Origin: Macrostomum hystrix
Taxonomy: Eukaryota > Animalia > Platyhelminthes
NCBI GenBank assembly: GCA_950097015.1
Contig: CATNEN010000039.1
Location: 12,028,001 to 12,092,000, forward strand
Length of the DNA stretch: 64,000 nucleotides
Direction of reading: 5' to 3'
Part shown: piece after piece, positions 1 through 12,199 of the stretch
How positions within the stretch are numbered: position 1 is the stretch's first letter
Layout: every line of letters starts with the position of its first letter
Translations under genes and position numbers: made by a program
Notes under the pieces: model-generated
What the model was told of the DNA's origin: nothing
Database searches by the model: none
The model's input: only the letters and a program-made list of their open reading frames with translations

Positions 1-3000
1 CGCGGAATGCTGTGACAAGCACAATTTCCTCTATTTAGGAATCAGTTATAGTGACTGCTATTGCGGCAGCAGTATCATCGGATTTGAGAACAGCTCAGAG
101 ATCTGCGACAGCCTTTGTAAGAACGACGCGAAGAACTGCGGCTCCGAATCTGCTGTTACAGTTCTGCAGATAAGGGACACTGGTTCGTAATCTTCCTGTT
201 TTCCTATCCGTAAAGTTCAATTGTAAAGTGCAAAGTGCAAAAGTGCGAAACCGTTTACTATATGTAACCTCATTTATCAAGGTATCAATATTTTAGTTTG
301 CTGAAACAACCACTCGAAGGTCATAAAACAGTTTCTTACTCGTAGAAAAAGTTATGGAGGCTGGTTTTCGCCGAAAAGTGCACTATGGAGCTTAAAAAAC
401 TCTCTTATTCTGTTAAAATTCAGTGACTGTGTTTGTTTCCATATTTAGACATTTATCGATTTTTTTCAAGCTATATTTTTTAAGCATCAAATTCATATTT
501 TAATTTTTTCTGCATCAAGCTCCAGAAACAAAACAAAGCCACTCGAAAAACATATATATATTTAATTGTTGAAAAATGGAGGTTGTAGCCTAGTGTTTAG
601 GGCATCGGACTCACGACCTGAAGGTCGGGGATTCGATTCCCGACTCCACTGAAACAATTTGTGTCCTTTAGCAAGACACTTAACTCTGCATTGCTTCAGT
701 TCACCCAGCTGTTAAATGGGTACCAGCATTAGCTGGTATAATTGAAGGTGGATGTGGCGTCCCCCCAGTCCATGGACTGAACAGCTGTACGCAGGAAGCA
801 GCCTTATTGCTGAGGAGCGGGAGTGCGTCTGGGCCGAACGGGCTCAGCGTCTCGACGCCAAATGGGCGGATGTCAGCGTACTTGGCAGCTGCTGCGGCGG
901 CACGAGGGCCAACAGCAGAGGCGTGCAGGTGACTTGGGGCGCAGGTGCGAGTGACTTTCGCGTCCCAGGCCAACGGCAAACCCCAGCTCGAACGCCACCA
1001 CAGTGACGCCGTCGAACCGGCGGCAGTCGCTCCCTCCCAAGAAAGAAATTAGCATTTTGTTTTTTCTGTGGCGGATATTGTTTAAATATTTCGAGTTGTC
1101 TGCGTAGACGTTGTTTGTGTTATTATTAACGGACAAGTAAAAAATAGTCTCAAGAGTTGGGCAAATTAAATGAAAAAGAACAGCTTTGGATTTTTCGTAT
1201 ATTTTTTCTAAAAAGTTTCCCGTCCTTCCACTCCTAGTGGAAGGTCCTCGTTTCTTCGTCAGACAGAAATAACCAGCACGTGTGACTTTCTCATTACACA
1301 GACAGCCGGCCATTGCACATCGGAAACTTCAGCCAGTTGACAGCCTTTTCTAGTGGACCATACTGCTTCTTCACCGAGCAGGAGAGTGGCAGGCTCAGCG
1401 CTGCCTTCTGCAATATACCCTACTGTCGTGAGTAGTAGGCTAGTAGTTGTAGGCTAATAATTAAGATATCGCTGGTTTGTCTGTCTCAACTCCCTTCGCA
1501 CCATGCCCTCCCCCGACCGTGCATTCCGGCCTTTCCCCTTGCGTTTCAGTGGCAATAGATGGGCTTAGGGGCTGATGGTAGGGCTTCGAAGCCCTTACCC
1601 TACCCTGGGTTTTGAGTAGGTCCTTGTTCTAACAAGCAGGCGCTTATTTGATCTAGCAAGAATAAATTCTTGGTTCAAATCACATATTTTATTTTAATCA
1701 TTTTCTCTATAGTTCGCTTCAACAATAAACACAAATCATTCAGCGATTTCAAAGGACTACGATTGCATAGTGAGTTCGGAGGACAAGTCCACTGAGCAGT
1801 TGACACGGTCTCGCTACACCGGTCGGCACAATGTCACCAACACCGGTCGTCAGTGTATGCCTTGGAGTCGCGTGCGAAACATTCAGGCCGACATTGTCGC
1901 AAAGCACAGACATAGTGAGTAAGCGTTAGAAAACTCGATACAGATAGTAAATGCGCCTATGAATCCAAAGGGCCTATGAGCGCCCGAGGCTATATGAAAA
2001 AGACGACAATGATAACTATCACTCCTTGTAGCCTAGGGATTGTAGGGATAGTAGTTCTTAGATAATGCTACTAATAGTAATCCTAATACTACGTTACTGC
2101 AACTAATGCAGCAGCAACTACGTAAAAACGGTTAATTTACTTTTTATTACAGATGTTCATATAGCTGGCCAGCTGCTTGACGTCCAGATTGAGACACCAG
2201 ACGTAATTGAGGACAGTAGCGACAATTACTGCAGGCCAGCAAGCATTGCTTTAGACGCCATTGCTATTACTTCATCGAAGCGCTTCGTGTAAGCCAAGCT
2301 TTTATTACTAGCCAAGCGGAGTGAAGACATTAAATTTAATATTTAGTTTTTTTAATTTTTAGACGCGTCAATGCTGTCGTGTCGGAGGTTCCTATCTGTT
2401 TTCCTGAAGAATACTTTGTTCAAATGCAGCCACAGTCCATACTTGTTGAGACGATTCTCTCTTTGATCATCGAGAGCTGTGAAGTTCCTCTGTGTTGTAA
2501 GTTGTTCTGGGCTTCCGGTGAGAACCCCCCCCCAGCAGGAGAGAAAAATGATAGCCAAGCAGGGGTGGTGCATTCACAACCCACAAATTCAAGAATTTTC
2601 CCAATGATATACCTGAATTCCTGAATGCCTAAAATTCACAGTTTGTTTAACATTCACAAAGCCGATATTTCGCAACTATCACTTCCTCCATGAATTAAGA
2701 AATTCGGGGTTGAAGCTAAGGTGAGTTGATGACTTTGATAATTGAGACTACTTCTAACGGTGCAACCGATCTCAGACGCTGCAATGCCCAGCATTGTGGG
2801 CACCATCCGAGAGTCCGTTGGCAGCCACCTGCTGGCTAGACAGTTCGGCAGCGACCTGAGCGTCGGTCTCGCCGACTGCAGCTTCGCCGGACAAAAGTGC
2901 ACAGCCGAGCACTTTGTGACTGTCGCACATCCGCAGCTGGGCATGTGCCACCAGTTTCTGCAGCAGAAGTTCACCCACAACATGACTAGCACGCAGGTGG

Positions 3001-6000
3001 CGGAGAGTGAGTTATCAATCAAGTACTTCACGGATGCCACCGACTCCAATGGTCTGATGCTGCCCAACATTGACAGGCTGGCAGGAGTAGTGGACGGTAG
3101 CAGCGGAATTTCCGCTAGTCAAGTGGCGTTAAAGGTAAACTTTTTAGCAGCGTTTGAGTACTGCATCAGCGATTTACAGGGCCTTTGTCGCTAAATCCAC
3201 AGGCGATAGTCGTTCCGCAAAAGACCTTCCCGTGGAAATCAAAGGGCGTCGACGTAGCCACTGCTCAGCGCTTGGACATGCAGCTGAGGTTTAACAGATT
3301 CTCACGGCTCTCCACGGCAGCAAATCCATGTCTGGATGTCGCTGAATCTGTCACTTACCGGCTACCAATGTGGAAGCTATCATCGTCTGACGAGGATGAT
3401 GGGTAATGAGACTAGCGTGTCTATGCGCTTCTAGGACAGTTTTTCATAACTAGTAGATTAGCGAGAAATATATGTCAAGATTTTTATGCCTAAAGTCTTG
3501 AGAGACGCACTCAGCTCACGATATTTGAGAACGTCTGAGGGATGAGTGGCAGAGCGGTTGACGCATTTTTTACTCGCGTCGAGGTCCCCCACCTCAGCCA
3601 CATTTTTTGGTGCGCAGCCGCTGAGAGAAGGCTTGGGGGCTTGTCGTACAATTTACGCCCTTGAGGGCCAATCTCCTTGGCACAGTGAGAGTGTCAATGA
3701 GAAAGTCAGGGCAGATAAACAAACCTGCGTAAGCGTGTGCCTGCGTACAGTATCTGTGTGCGTATGTGCTCAGGAGTCAGTGAAATGGGCAGAATTGCCT
3801 TCTCGCTGGCTGCGGATCTACTGTCACCTAAAGATGTGCAAGTGCCAACAGCCCTTCTGCATTTTATATATTATTGTGATATTAATAGCATCTGTAAAAA
3901 TCAACACTTTCAAAATGCAAATAGTTGAACATTTCTTGGCAATGAAAATCAGAAAATATTTTATTCTGTGCAAACTACGTAGACTTTTTATTATATTTAT
4001 GATTGAATCAAGGACGCAAAAGTGGCGTAAGAAATTTATTTAATTCTGACCAACAATTTTAGGTTAGACTCGGACGCTCTGATCATTGAACGGACAAAAA
4101 ACTGGACTTCAAAGATTTCACTACTGCGAGATATGCTGCTGAAGCTGAATGGTTCCAGGTTGATAATTTTTTCCTTTGTAGTTTAATCGAGGCCACACTT
4201 AATTTGGGGCGCAGTCGCGTAAAGAAGGCTTGGGGGCTTGGCTTGAAATTTACGCCGTTGAGGGCCAACCTCCAAGGCACAGTGAGAGTGTACACTGCCT
4301 GATGATGAGAAGGTCACAAGGCAGATGTACACACCCTGTGTGAGCGTGTGCCTGCGTACAGTATCTGTGTGCGTGTGAGCTCAGGAGTCAGCGAAATGGG
4401 CAGAATTACCTCCTTGCTGGATGCGGGTCTTGGGTCATTAAATAATGTACCATTGCCCACAGCCCAATCGCAAATGATTTTATTATTTTTTTTCCTTTTC
4501 CTATTAGGATTTTAGCCTCGGGCTAGGGCGTCGGACTCACGAATTGTGTATTTCGAAGGTTCGATTCCCGACTCGACTGGAACAAAATTTGTCCTTTCGT
4601 AAGACATTTAGTTGAAAAACTTAAATTGGTATCACTCTAATTGCCCTTGGGGTTTGTGGTCCGACCGAGCGTAGCCTGGTTGGAGGTTAAGCCGGCGAGT
4701 TGGGGGCTTGTGCATTGGTGCGGGGGGTGCATGTACGTGGCCAGGTCGCGGGGCCGCCTCCCCCCCTTGGGGTCGGCCTTGCCAAGCCCTATTTAGTGTG
4801 TCGCGCTGCGCACCGGCGGCGTCTCTCTTTATTGAAGCTTATCAGAGGCTTATTGAACTTGCGCTCGCCGTGTCAACCGTCTGGCTTCGACTCACTGGTT
4901 TAATGTAAACTTCAATGCAAGCCCCCTAGCCTTCTCTCCGCGGCTGTGTCCCAAATTGAGGCTTTGGAATTTTTAGTTTAGAAAGCTGAATTCTGATCGT
5001 TACAGCGCCCTGACAGTCGCGGGTAGCGAATTTAAAGTATCCGACCGAGAAGACTGTGCGAACAACTTTGTTGTGCAAATTTTCATCGACAACTGCCAGT
5101 GTCTGCCACCGTTGCTGCCTATTCGTGAAGACCTGTTTCGAAAGTACAGCTACTGTTTTGACTCCACTGGCTCAGCTAAAGTTACGAGCAGCAAGGAGAA
5201 GTGCTACGTAGAACAGGTTTCAAAGATATCACAATACCGATTTGAGGCCTTTAGTGTGTGCAAATCGCCCTGTAGCACTATGGACTACAGTACCCGCTTC
5301 CTCACTTCACCATGGCCCAATTTGCGGCCTCTTCAATCTCTGGAGTTCTTGAAAAAGATGGCCGCAGACTACGGGTATCCAATCGACATCAAGGTTATGA
5401 GAGGCATTGGTAGTATCTATCACACTTATCTGAGAGCTAAGAAAATTATGGACACCCCAGCCAGCGATCGGAGCTTCGAAGAAATTCAGAGCTTCAGCAG
5501 CGAGCTGGACGACTTGCAGTGCCGCCTGTCACAGCTCACTGTTCGGGCGTATCGATCTAGAGGGGAAGAGGTGACAGAGGAACTGGCCTACCCAGCCAAG
5601 AATTTGCTGGCCGACATTGGAGGTAAAGCGTTTCTGTACTATTAATAGTAGAAAGACCAGGGGAAGTATTTCAAATACATAGCGGAGTATTTCAAATACC
5701 CCCATTTTTCTTTTTCTGTATCTCCTAAAATATTCAACTAATCGCTATGAAAATCCAGAACATGGGCTGAAGTTTTTCGCTCTACCCGATGAAACGACTT
5801 CCAGAATCACAAAAATCTTCATCGTCAAGATGTTCAACGATTCTCGCCGGGATATCAAGTGGCAAAAACCAAAAATATCCGCGTAGTGTTTCTGCTCACA
5901 AAATTTCATTTATATGTAATATGTAATATCAGCTACGAGTATCTGCTCATTATATTGATAATTATTGTATTTTTAACCAATATGGATTCGCAATAAAGGT

Positions 6001-6527
6001 TGCTAATGCATAACAATGTTAGTTATCCTTGTCACCAGGCTCTTCTACAAGAATCGATGAATATCTCGACGATTCTGACTTGGGCGGCATTGAGAGTTCG
6101 TTTCATCGTAAAATGCGGAAAGTTTTGATTCAGCTTGTCGACTTTCACGACAATCAGTCATTCGGTTTTTGAGCTGTCGTGAAGTAGGCAGTGGGCATTT
6201 GAAATACCCCTGCGGTCTTTCCCCAGGGTGAAAAATAGCTTTTTACTGTTAAGGGCTTTCTGATAGATTTTCTAGCTGCAGAACTCTATCTGATCTTCTT
6301 TAGGAGCGCTCGGTCTCTGGTCTGGAATCTCAATCCTCACGATCTGCGAGCTCCTTGAGCTGCTAATCTATCTAGGCCAGGCGCTGGATCTGCACAGACG
6401 ACAGCAGCGTCCGCAGCAGACTTCAGAGTCAGGCGACGTGGATCATTGTCAGTCGAAGCCGCAGGCTCAGTCGCTCGCTGATGCCGAGTTAGATGGCGTC
6501 GAAAAAGGAGAAATGACGTACATGTAG
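1..6527 (+). CDS. DEG/ENaC (FaNaC-like) amiloride-sensitive channel subunit with WSC and kringle domains; 5' end outside window
   Basis: Phase-consistent exons: <1-182 (WSC: ECCDKHNFLYLGISYSDCYCG...CDSLCKNDAKNCGSESAVTVL), 1302-1427 (GPYCFF...AFCNIPYC), 1744-1914 (DYDC...YTGRHNVTNTGRQCMPWS), 2153-2288 (SSDNYCR), 2363-2496 (VPICF...ESCEVPLC), 2776-3134 (DCSFAGQKC...HPQLGMCHQF), 3203-3402, 4063-4158, 5006-5622 (Cys-rich thumb, LLADIGG), 6304-6527 (ALGLWSGISILTICELLE, TM2 with GIS filter; TAG). No in-frame stop found. Confidence 0.85.
578..785 (+). mobile_element. tRNA-derived CORE-type SINE (family 1)
   Basis: tRNA-like head (GTAGCCTAGTG A-box, GATTCGATTCC B-box) followed by GTGTCCTTTAGCAAGACACTTAAC...CACCCAGCTGTTAAATGGGTACC, resembling the CORE domain; other copies at 10341-10537(-) and ~4510-4610(+). 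Confidence 0.75.
790..1040 (-). mobile_element. Remnant of the restriction-like endonuclease C-terminus of a CRE-like non-LTR retrotransposon
   Basis: Frameshifted DCRRFDGVT...LAWDAKVTRTCAPSH...AAAAKY...PFGVETLSPFGPDAL resembles the RPDG...LAWD...K..KY...PFGVET signature. Confidence 0.6.
3539..3855 (+). mobile_element. tRNA-derived SINE (family 2)
   Basis: Head GGGATGAGTGGCAGAGCGG, body CAGCCGC.GAGAGAAGGCTTGGGGGCTTGTCG...CTCAGGAGTCAG.GAAATGGGCAGAATTGCC; more than 10 copies or fragments in the window. Confidence 0.8.
4190..4470 (+). mobile_element. SINE family 2, 5'-truncated
   Basis: Same body sequence as 3539-3855 and 28390-28730. Confidence 0.75.
4510..4610 (+). mobile_element. SINE family 1 fragment
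   Basis: TAGGGCGTCGGACTCACGA...GGTTCGATTCCCGACTC...GTCCTTTCGTAAGACA matches the head at 578-680. Confidence 0.6.
5645..6228. mobile_element. Non-autonomous DNA element (MITE A)
   Basis: Imperfect TIRs GAAAGACCAGGGGAAGTATTTCAAAT / ATTTGAAATACCCCTGCGGTCTTTC; body shared with 28217-29010 and 58100-59095. Confidence 0.7.
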
Positions 6528-7334
6528 ACGAGAGCGATTGTTAAACGCTTTTAATGCACAGCTATTCAGTCTGTGGACTGTGGAGGGAAGTCGCTACGCT
6601 GACTCAAACTTCAACCCCCATGTTTTACAGCTTTGTGAACTGGGATTGTATTCTCATATGCTAAGGTGTAAACTGCCTGTAAATTCTATGTAATAATGTA
6701 ACATCTATGTAACAAAAAATTGAGCTAATTGGATAGCGCCGACACTTTCACATCCAGCCGCTCTTAAAACTCCAATCTTATTGGAGCGACAATACGAGCT
6801 CTTTATGTTGTTTGTCTCTCACTTGGTGTGTTGCCTGAGACGTCAAATATGTACTGAAAGTACAGGCCCATCATGGCCTATATTAATGTTTGAAGCCGGA
6901 TAAAAAATGTTGGACGAAATAGAAGTTACTTTTTTGTTAACTTGATTTACTCAAACTTGGGCAGGCGGGTCTCGCGGGCGAAATTGAGGTTACTTAGTTT
7001 GAAATAGAAGTTGAAAACCAATAGCAATGCGATTTTTACCAAGATATTGTTTTCCTATCGAGCCAAATTTCGGAAAGTCTCCTAAATTAATGCATTAGCT
7101 TGTTTGTTACTCTCTTTTCAACGAAAAAATAAAGGAGTACACTTAAAAAGTCCTTTTAAAGATACCTTCGGCAAACATTATTTTACAACTCTAAAGTCAA
7201 TTTAGAGGCTCACCACTCCATTCTAATTATTAAATTGCAATGTTTTTGTTAAACTTGCATTATAGTCTAAGCTAGCTGAAATGTGCATCTAAACCCTTGA
7301 ATTAGTATGCAGTTCTACGTTACACCTTTTCCCG

Positions 7335-7590
7335 TTCAATTTCAACAAATCTGCGCTGCAATTTAGACAACTTGACATTCATTTTCGACACTCTATTTTT
7401 ATACCTTCAGTTGGACGTTCAAATTAGACAAAGCTGACTTCAATTTAAACAGCAGATATTCGATTTAGACAGTTGATATTCAATTTAAACACTTCCTCAT
7501 TGAGAGCGATTTGTCTATGGTAAAATTCTAGTTCTGAGGCAAAGCACATATTCAATTTAGACACCCATCATTCAATTTAGACAGGCTCAG
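7335..7590. repeat. Cluster of TTCAATTTAGACA-like short repeats
   Basis: About 7 imperfect copies of (A)TTCAATTTA(G/A)ACA. Confidence 0.45.
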
Positions 7591-8282
7591 CTTCAGACCC
7601 TTGCTTTCCTGTCGCCTCTGCTTCTGACTTTCGGAGACAGAATTGGAGAGACTAATGTACATTCTGTAAGATACATGTACTCAGTTTATTGTCTATGGTA
7701 AGATTGAAAACCGAGATTGAGACTGTAAAGGAAAATGATTTCTGGCCTTGTGGCATTGAATTTAGCACAGATAAAACGGCGGTCGTTGAACAAGAGTGAA
7801 GGCTACTTCTGAGAATTGCTTCTTTCGTGAAGAATATCTGTCTACTAATCTAACGCACGAACATGGTGGAAGAGGTGAACGGACCGGAGTCAGAGTCGGA
7901 GTCGGAGTCAAAAGCGACCGGAAGCGACGTTGATGGCCGCATCGGGATTCTTGGCCAAATATGGGTTCTCTGTCATCATTGTCGAACTGCTGCCAGCTGG
8001 AGTCATAATGTCACTCAGCGCGCCGCTATTGATGTTGTCAGCGGCATAGTTGTTGTTCGTGTTGTGGTCGTCGCACAAAGCCAACCTCTGAAACTCGTAT
8101 CCCAGCGTCAGGCCAATGTAAATAAACAGCTCTAGCAGTTCGCAAACTGTCAGAATTGAAATGCCCGACCACAGCCCGAGAGTTCCTGGAGTGCGGAATT
8201 TCGGTATGCGAATCGAGTTGGATTCTCAGGTTGAGAAGAAGGAAGAGAAGAAATTACACCTAGCCCAGTAGGCTCAGGTCTA

Positions 8283-8572
8283 CCGTACAACTCAGACGGC
8301 TACATCCTATGCAGGCGAACAAGCAGCCGACACCCAGAGAAGCGACTGGCAGTCCTAGGCTACGCCGACGACCTGGTCCTGTTAGCCTCCACCGCCGAAG
8401 GTGCCCAACGCCTGGTTGACGGCCTCGCTGCAAGGGTTGGCCTCAAAATCAACACCAAGAAGACGGAGGTCCTCACTGTGCCTGCTGACCTGCCAGCTGA
8501 CATCCGTCTTCCCAACATGGACAGCTCGACGGCAACATCCCTATCCCGGTGTGAGCAGTTCCGGTATCTTGC
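8283..8572 (+). mobile_element. LINE reverse transcriptase fragment (RTE-like)
   Basis: RRTSSRHPEKRLAVLGYADDLVLLAS...VGLKINTKKTEVL...FRYL. Confidence 0.8.
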
Positions 8573-10340
8573 ATACGACTATTGCGACTGCATACTGTTT
8601 AGGTTGGGCCACGGGTAGGTAATGTGGGGAACGCTGTACTCTGTCATTTCACAAGGCATCATGCACCGGCTGACAGCGTCAAACTGGTACTGCAGCAGCT
8701 TCGAAATCTGCTCCCTGTAGCACATGTCGGTCTCCAGGGAGACGCTTCTGTTACTCTTCACATCGAAACAATAAGTATGATACGAGAAGAGTTCAACAGG
8801 GATAGGTAGGAATGAAGGCAAGCAGCCACAGTTGTCGATGAAGCTTCGAACTACTTGCGTATTGATGCAATCGTCTCTGTCTGCGACGTTGAACTGAGCT
8901 TCTATGTCTGGTAGTGTTCTAAAAATTAAGAACAACCAAAAACGGAAAGCTTATATATCAGCTTGGCGCTTCTATAGGTATTTGCAATAAAAATTAGAGC
9001 TACTTCTATAAAAAATATTTTTTTATACCTCGAGCTTCCTTGTATTTGAAGCTGCTCCCGAATCAGTAAAATCTTCGCCAACCAATCCGATGCTGTTGTG
9101 ATTGCGTTCAGATCGAAGCTAGTGCTGCAAAGTGAATAAATGGCACTCAGAAACAGTGTTAATAAAAGAGTAACTTTAGACGAAATTACTTTGTGGAACA
9201 ATGCTGCTCACTCTGGATCATGATTAGCCTCGGCATGCTTCCAAGAGTGCAACCTGTACTTTTGTCTCTTTGGCTCAGAGATTGGCTCAGATTTCGTGAG
9301 GCATGGCCTCGAGGCGGTGGACAGTCAAGAGACTTTATCAAACCGCAGCTGCAGATCCATGCGCTGAGAGGCGGCAACGTCGATTCCTTTTGAAGGCCAG
9401 GGAAATGTGCTCTCTGGCACAACAATTGCCTGCAGATTGCCGTGATTGCGGATTTCCATAAAAAAACTCTAAGCAAATGATAAATTATTTTTTTACTGAC
9501 CTTAAATGCAATCTGACTGCCGCCAGAGTTTGAACTTTGATGAATTAGTCGCGTAAGTTTATCTATGTTTGATACAGACTGTCTGTTGGAGTCTGTATTG
9601 TCTGTAAAGTACTTCATTGACAGCTGGCTCTGGGCCAACTGCATGCTAGTCATGTTGTAAGTAAATTGCCGGTGACGAAACTTGAGATACGTGCCCAGCT
9701 GCGGATGTCTGATATTCACAAAGTGCTCGGCGGTGCACTTTTGACCAGCAAAGCTGCACTCAACAAGGCCGATACTGAGATCGCTGCTGAACTGCTGGGC
9801 GAGCAGGTGGCTGCCGACTGAGTCCCCGATGACACCAGCAACAGTTGGCAAGTTGGAGTCTGAAATGACAAATTGTGTGAAAACCAATCTGTACTCAGGG
9901 TCTCAAAAGCTTGAAGCAATAAAAATTCTTACAGCACAGAGGGATCTCGCAAGGCTCGAAGTCAACTTCAAACAGGCCGCCGATGCCCATGACGTCAGGA
10001 AAGCAGCCAGGAACGTCTGTCATGGCCTTGGCGAATCGACTGCAATTTTTATAAGGATACGGGTAGTTACTATGAGTAGTAACATGCGACAAAATCTGAC
10101 TCTCACTGTGCCATCGGCATTCCGATGTGGGACGCTTCGTCAGATATAACTGGAGCCGATCTGCAGAAATTGTCGCTGCTACTGGCATTGAAGTCCGCAG
10201 TTTGAATGTGAAATCCCGTCAGCTTGAATGGGCCTGTAATGAGTTGAGGAATAATATAAAAAGTTTAAACAAGTACAATTTTTATTACCTACAGCACAGC
10301 CGCAGATATTGCGCGGTTTGCATCTGAAAGCTACGTACGA

Positions 10341-10537
10341 CTGTTCAGTCCATGGACTGGGTGACGTCACACCTAACCCTCAATTACCCCAGCTGATGCT
10401 GGTACCCACTCAACAGCTGAAGCAATGCAGAGTTAAGAGTCGTGCTAAAAGACACAACATGTTCCAGCGAACTACGAAATCGAGTCCCCGACCGTGAAGC
10501 ACTAACCGACGATCTAACCACTAGGCTACAACTCCCG
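10341..10537 (-). mobile_element. SINE family 1 inserted in the pseudogene kringle exon
   Basis: Reverse complement of 578-785. Confidence 0.75.
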
Positions 10538-11294
10538 TTGTATCAAACCCCAAAAGCTGAGCCAATCAAGGCTCTGTTCCCGCATAGTAACTGACTTCTC
10601 ATGAGTGCAGCCTTACTCAGCCTTGTCCTCGGAGCTCACGATACAGTCATATGCACCTGACATGGCTGCAATTACGAATTTAAGCACAAAAGTAATTCAT
10701 ATTGCTCCAGAGCCAACGAGTTTAAATGTTTTACTCACGACAAAACGGTACATCACAGAAGCCAGCATTTCGAAAGGACAGTCGAAATTGTCAGTGACGT
10801 CATCACCGGTGCTTTAAGGAACCTATCAAAGACTGTGTGCTAAAAACTGAAGCGTTTTTTGCTTTAGAAAAAAATATTTTTCAAGTCTGTACGAGCTAAC
10901 TGCATCTCTTTATTTCTAGCTTTAGACACAGCTGGGCACCCGGTCATATTGGCCGGGGAGTCTGCGAAACATGCCAGAGAGCGTTCAACAGTTTCCGTCT
11001 CAGCAGATTGGAGTGTGGCTTCATTACTGATAGTGGCACCTGAATCCCATGCCTAAATTGTTTTCTTTGCATTAATCTCTATTAGAGAGAGGGAGCAAAA
11101 TTTGAGTCGGAGGCCAGAAGGCAATTAAAATATATGTACAGTCCGACGTACAAACTTTGGTAGTTGAAGTGGTAAATATTAAAACCATGTGATGCATAAA
11201 CAATCATTCAAACTGACGCAGCAATCAAACAAATTGATTAGTTTTTAAATATGGCAAACTATCGCATGGTTTTCCAACAAGAATCACATAAAAA

Positions 11295-11480
11295 TAGGGG
11301 TGAGTGTTAGAGCGTTCTAACGTGTTTGCCTCTCGCACTAAGGTCTCTGAGCTTGATTCCACAGCGAGGCCACATAAATTTGGGGCTCGGCGGCGGAAAG
11401 AGTGATTTACGCCCTTGAGGACCAGCGAAAGTGTACAGTGTACGATAAAGTGTACAATCAAAAATGTCAGGGCAGTTATT
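11295..11480 (+). mobile_element. SINE family 2, internally deleted
   Basis: GGGTGAGTGTTAGAGCG...CTCTCGCAC...GAGCTTGATTCC...TTTACGCCCTTGAGG. Confidence 0.6.
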
Positions 11481-12199
11481 TATTTTCGACATTCGACATT
11501 TGAAACAGTCGTACGTAGCTTTCAGATGCAAACCGCGCAATATCTGCGGCTGTGCTGTAGGTAATAAAAATTGTACTTGTTTAACTATTCACGACACAGA
11601 ACGCAGTTTTTTGTTTTCAATCAATTCTACATTGTTACACGTATGCTCGTAATTGTGAGAAAGAAAAAATAGGTTCCATTTTCAAATTTGCAAATATGCT
11701 TCGAAAGAAGCACTAATGTTCTTTGACGGATGACATCGTTTCATAAAATTCAATGGCTTTAAAAAGGCTTCGTATTGGCATCCTAAAAAAACAACAAACT
11801 CAGTGGCTGGGTTATAAATGTGGCTTCGTCGCTTTTTTTATTGCGATGCCTTCTCTAAAGCAGCTCTCATGCAATCATAGGACCAGTCATTTTAAATGGG
11901 GTCGCACAGATCTTTTTCAACCGATGTCATCGTCAGAAATCTGTGATTCAGACAATGAAACAAAACAACCGGAAGGCTATTTCAATAGCTTCAGCTGCAT
12001 CAAACTGCGAGTCCTACTGGTGCGCACTAACCTATGTTTTGCAGGTGCTTTTGTTCGTGAAACTGTTGCTTCTATTCACTGAGTTTTTACTGCGCTCACC
12101 TCTCTCTTCCGGTGCCAAAAGCTGATAAAGCCTTGCGTTTCAGTCGATCTGCCTTAACTAATAGAATTTGCTCATATATTTCAGCGCACAACTGAAATC

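Larger units (their letters stand above)
7908..11045 (-). pseudogene. Pseudogenised paralog of the WSC/kringle DEG/ENaC channel, convergent with 1-6527
   Basis: Exon relics: SLACFADSPANMT (WSC start, ~11040-10940), NAGFCDVPFC (~10735), AYDCIVSSEDKAE* (TAA 10613-10615), SSDNFCR, DVPGCFP...EPCEIPLC, ECSFAGQKC, RFDKVS* (TGA 9325-9327), DNCGCLP exon cut at ~8579 by a LINE, last exon GTLGLWSGISILTVCELLE (~8188-7908); SINE inserted in a kringle exon. Confidence 0.85.

Noticed and set aside
578-650. tRNA gene (CAC loop)
   Set aside because: Poor acceptor stem, continues into a SINE body, and has diverged dispersed copies
4063-4158. Suspected frameshift in a channel exon
   Set aside because: On recount the exon is 96 nt, phase 2-2 and open (LDSDALIIERTKNWTSKISLLRD...)
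4640-4905. Possible solo LTR or DIRS terminus
   Set aside because: GC-rich with a TATTTA motif, but no second copy, TSD or TG...CA ends to support it
11940-12125. Possible extra Cys-rich exon (NCESYW/CFC)
   Set aside because: Would need a ~25-nt intron and hits a stop
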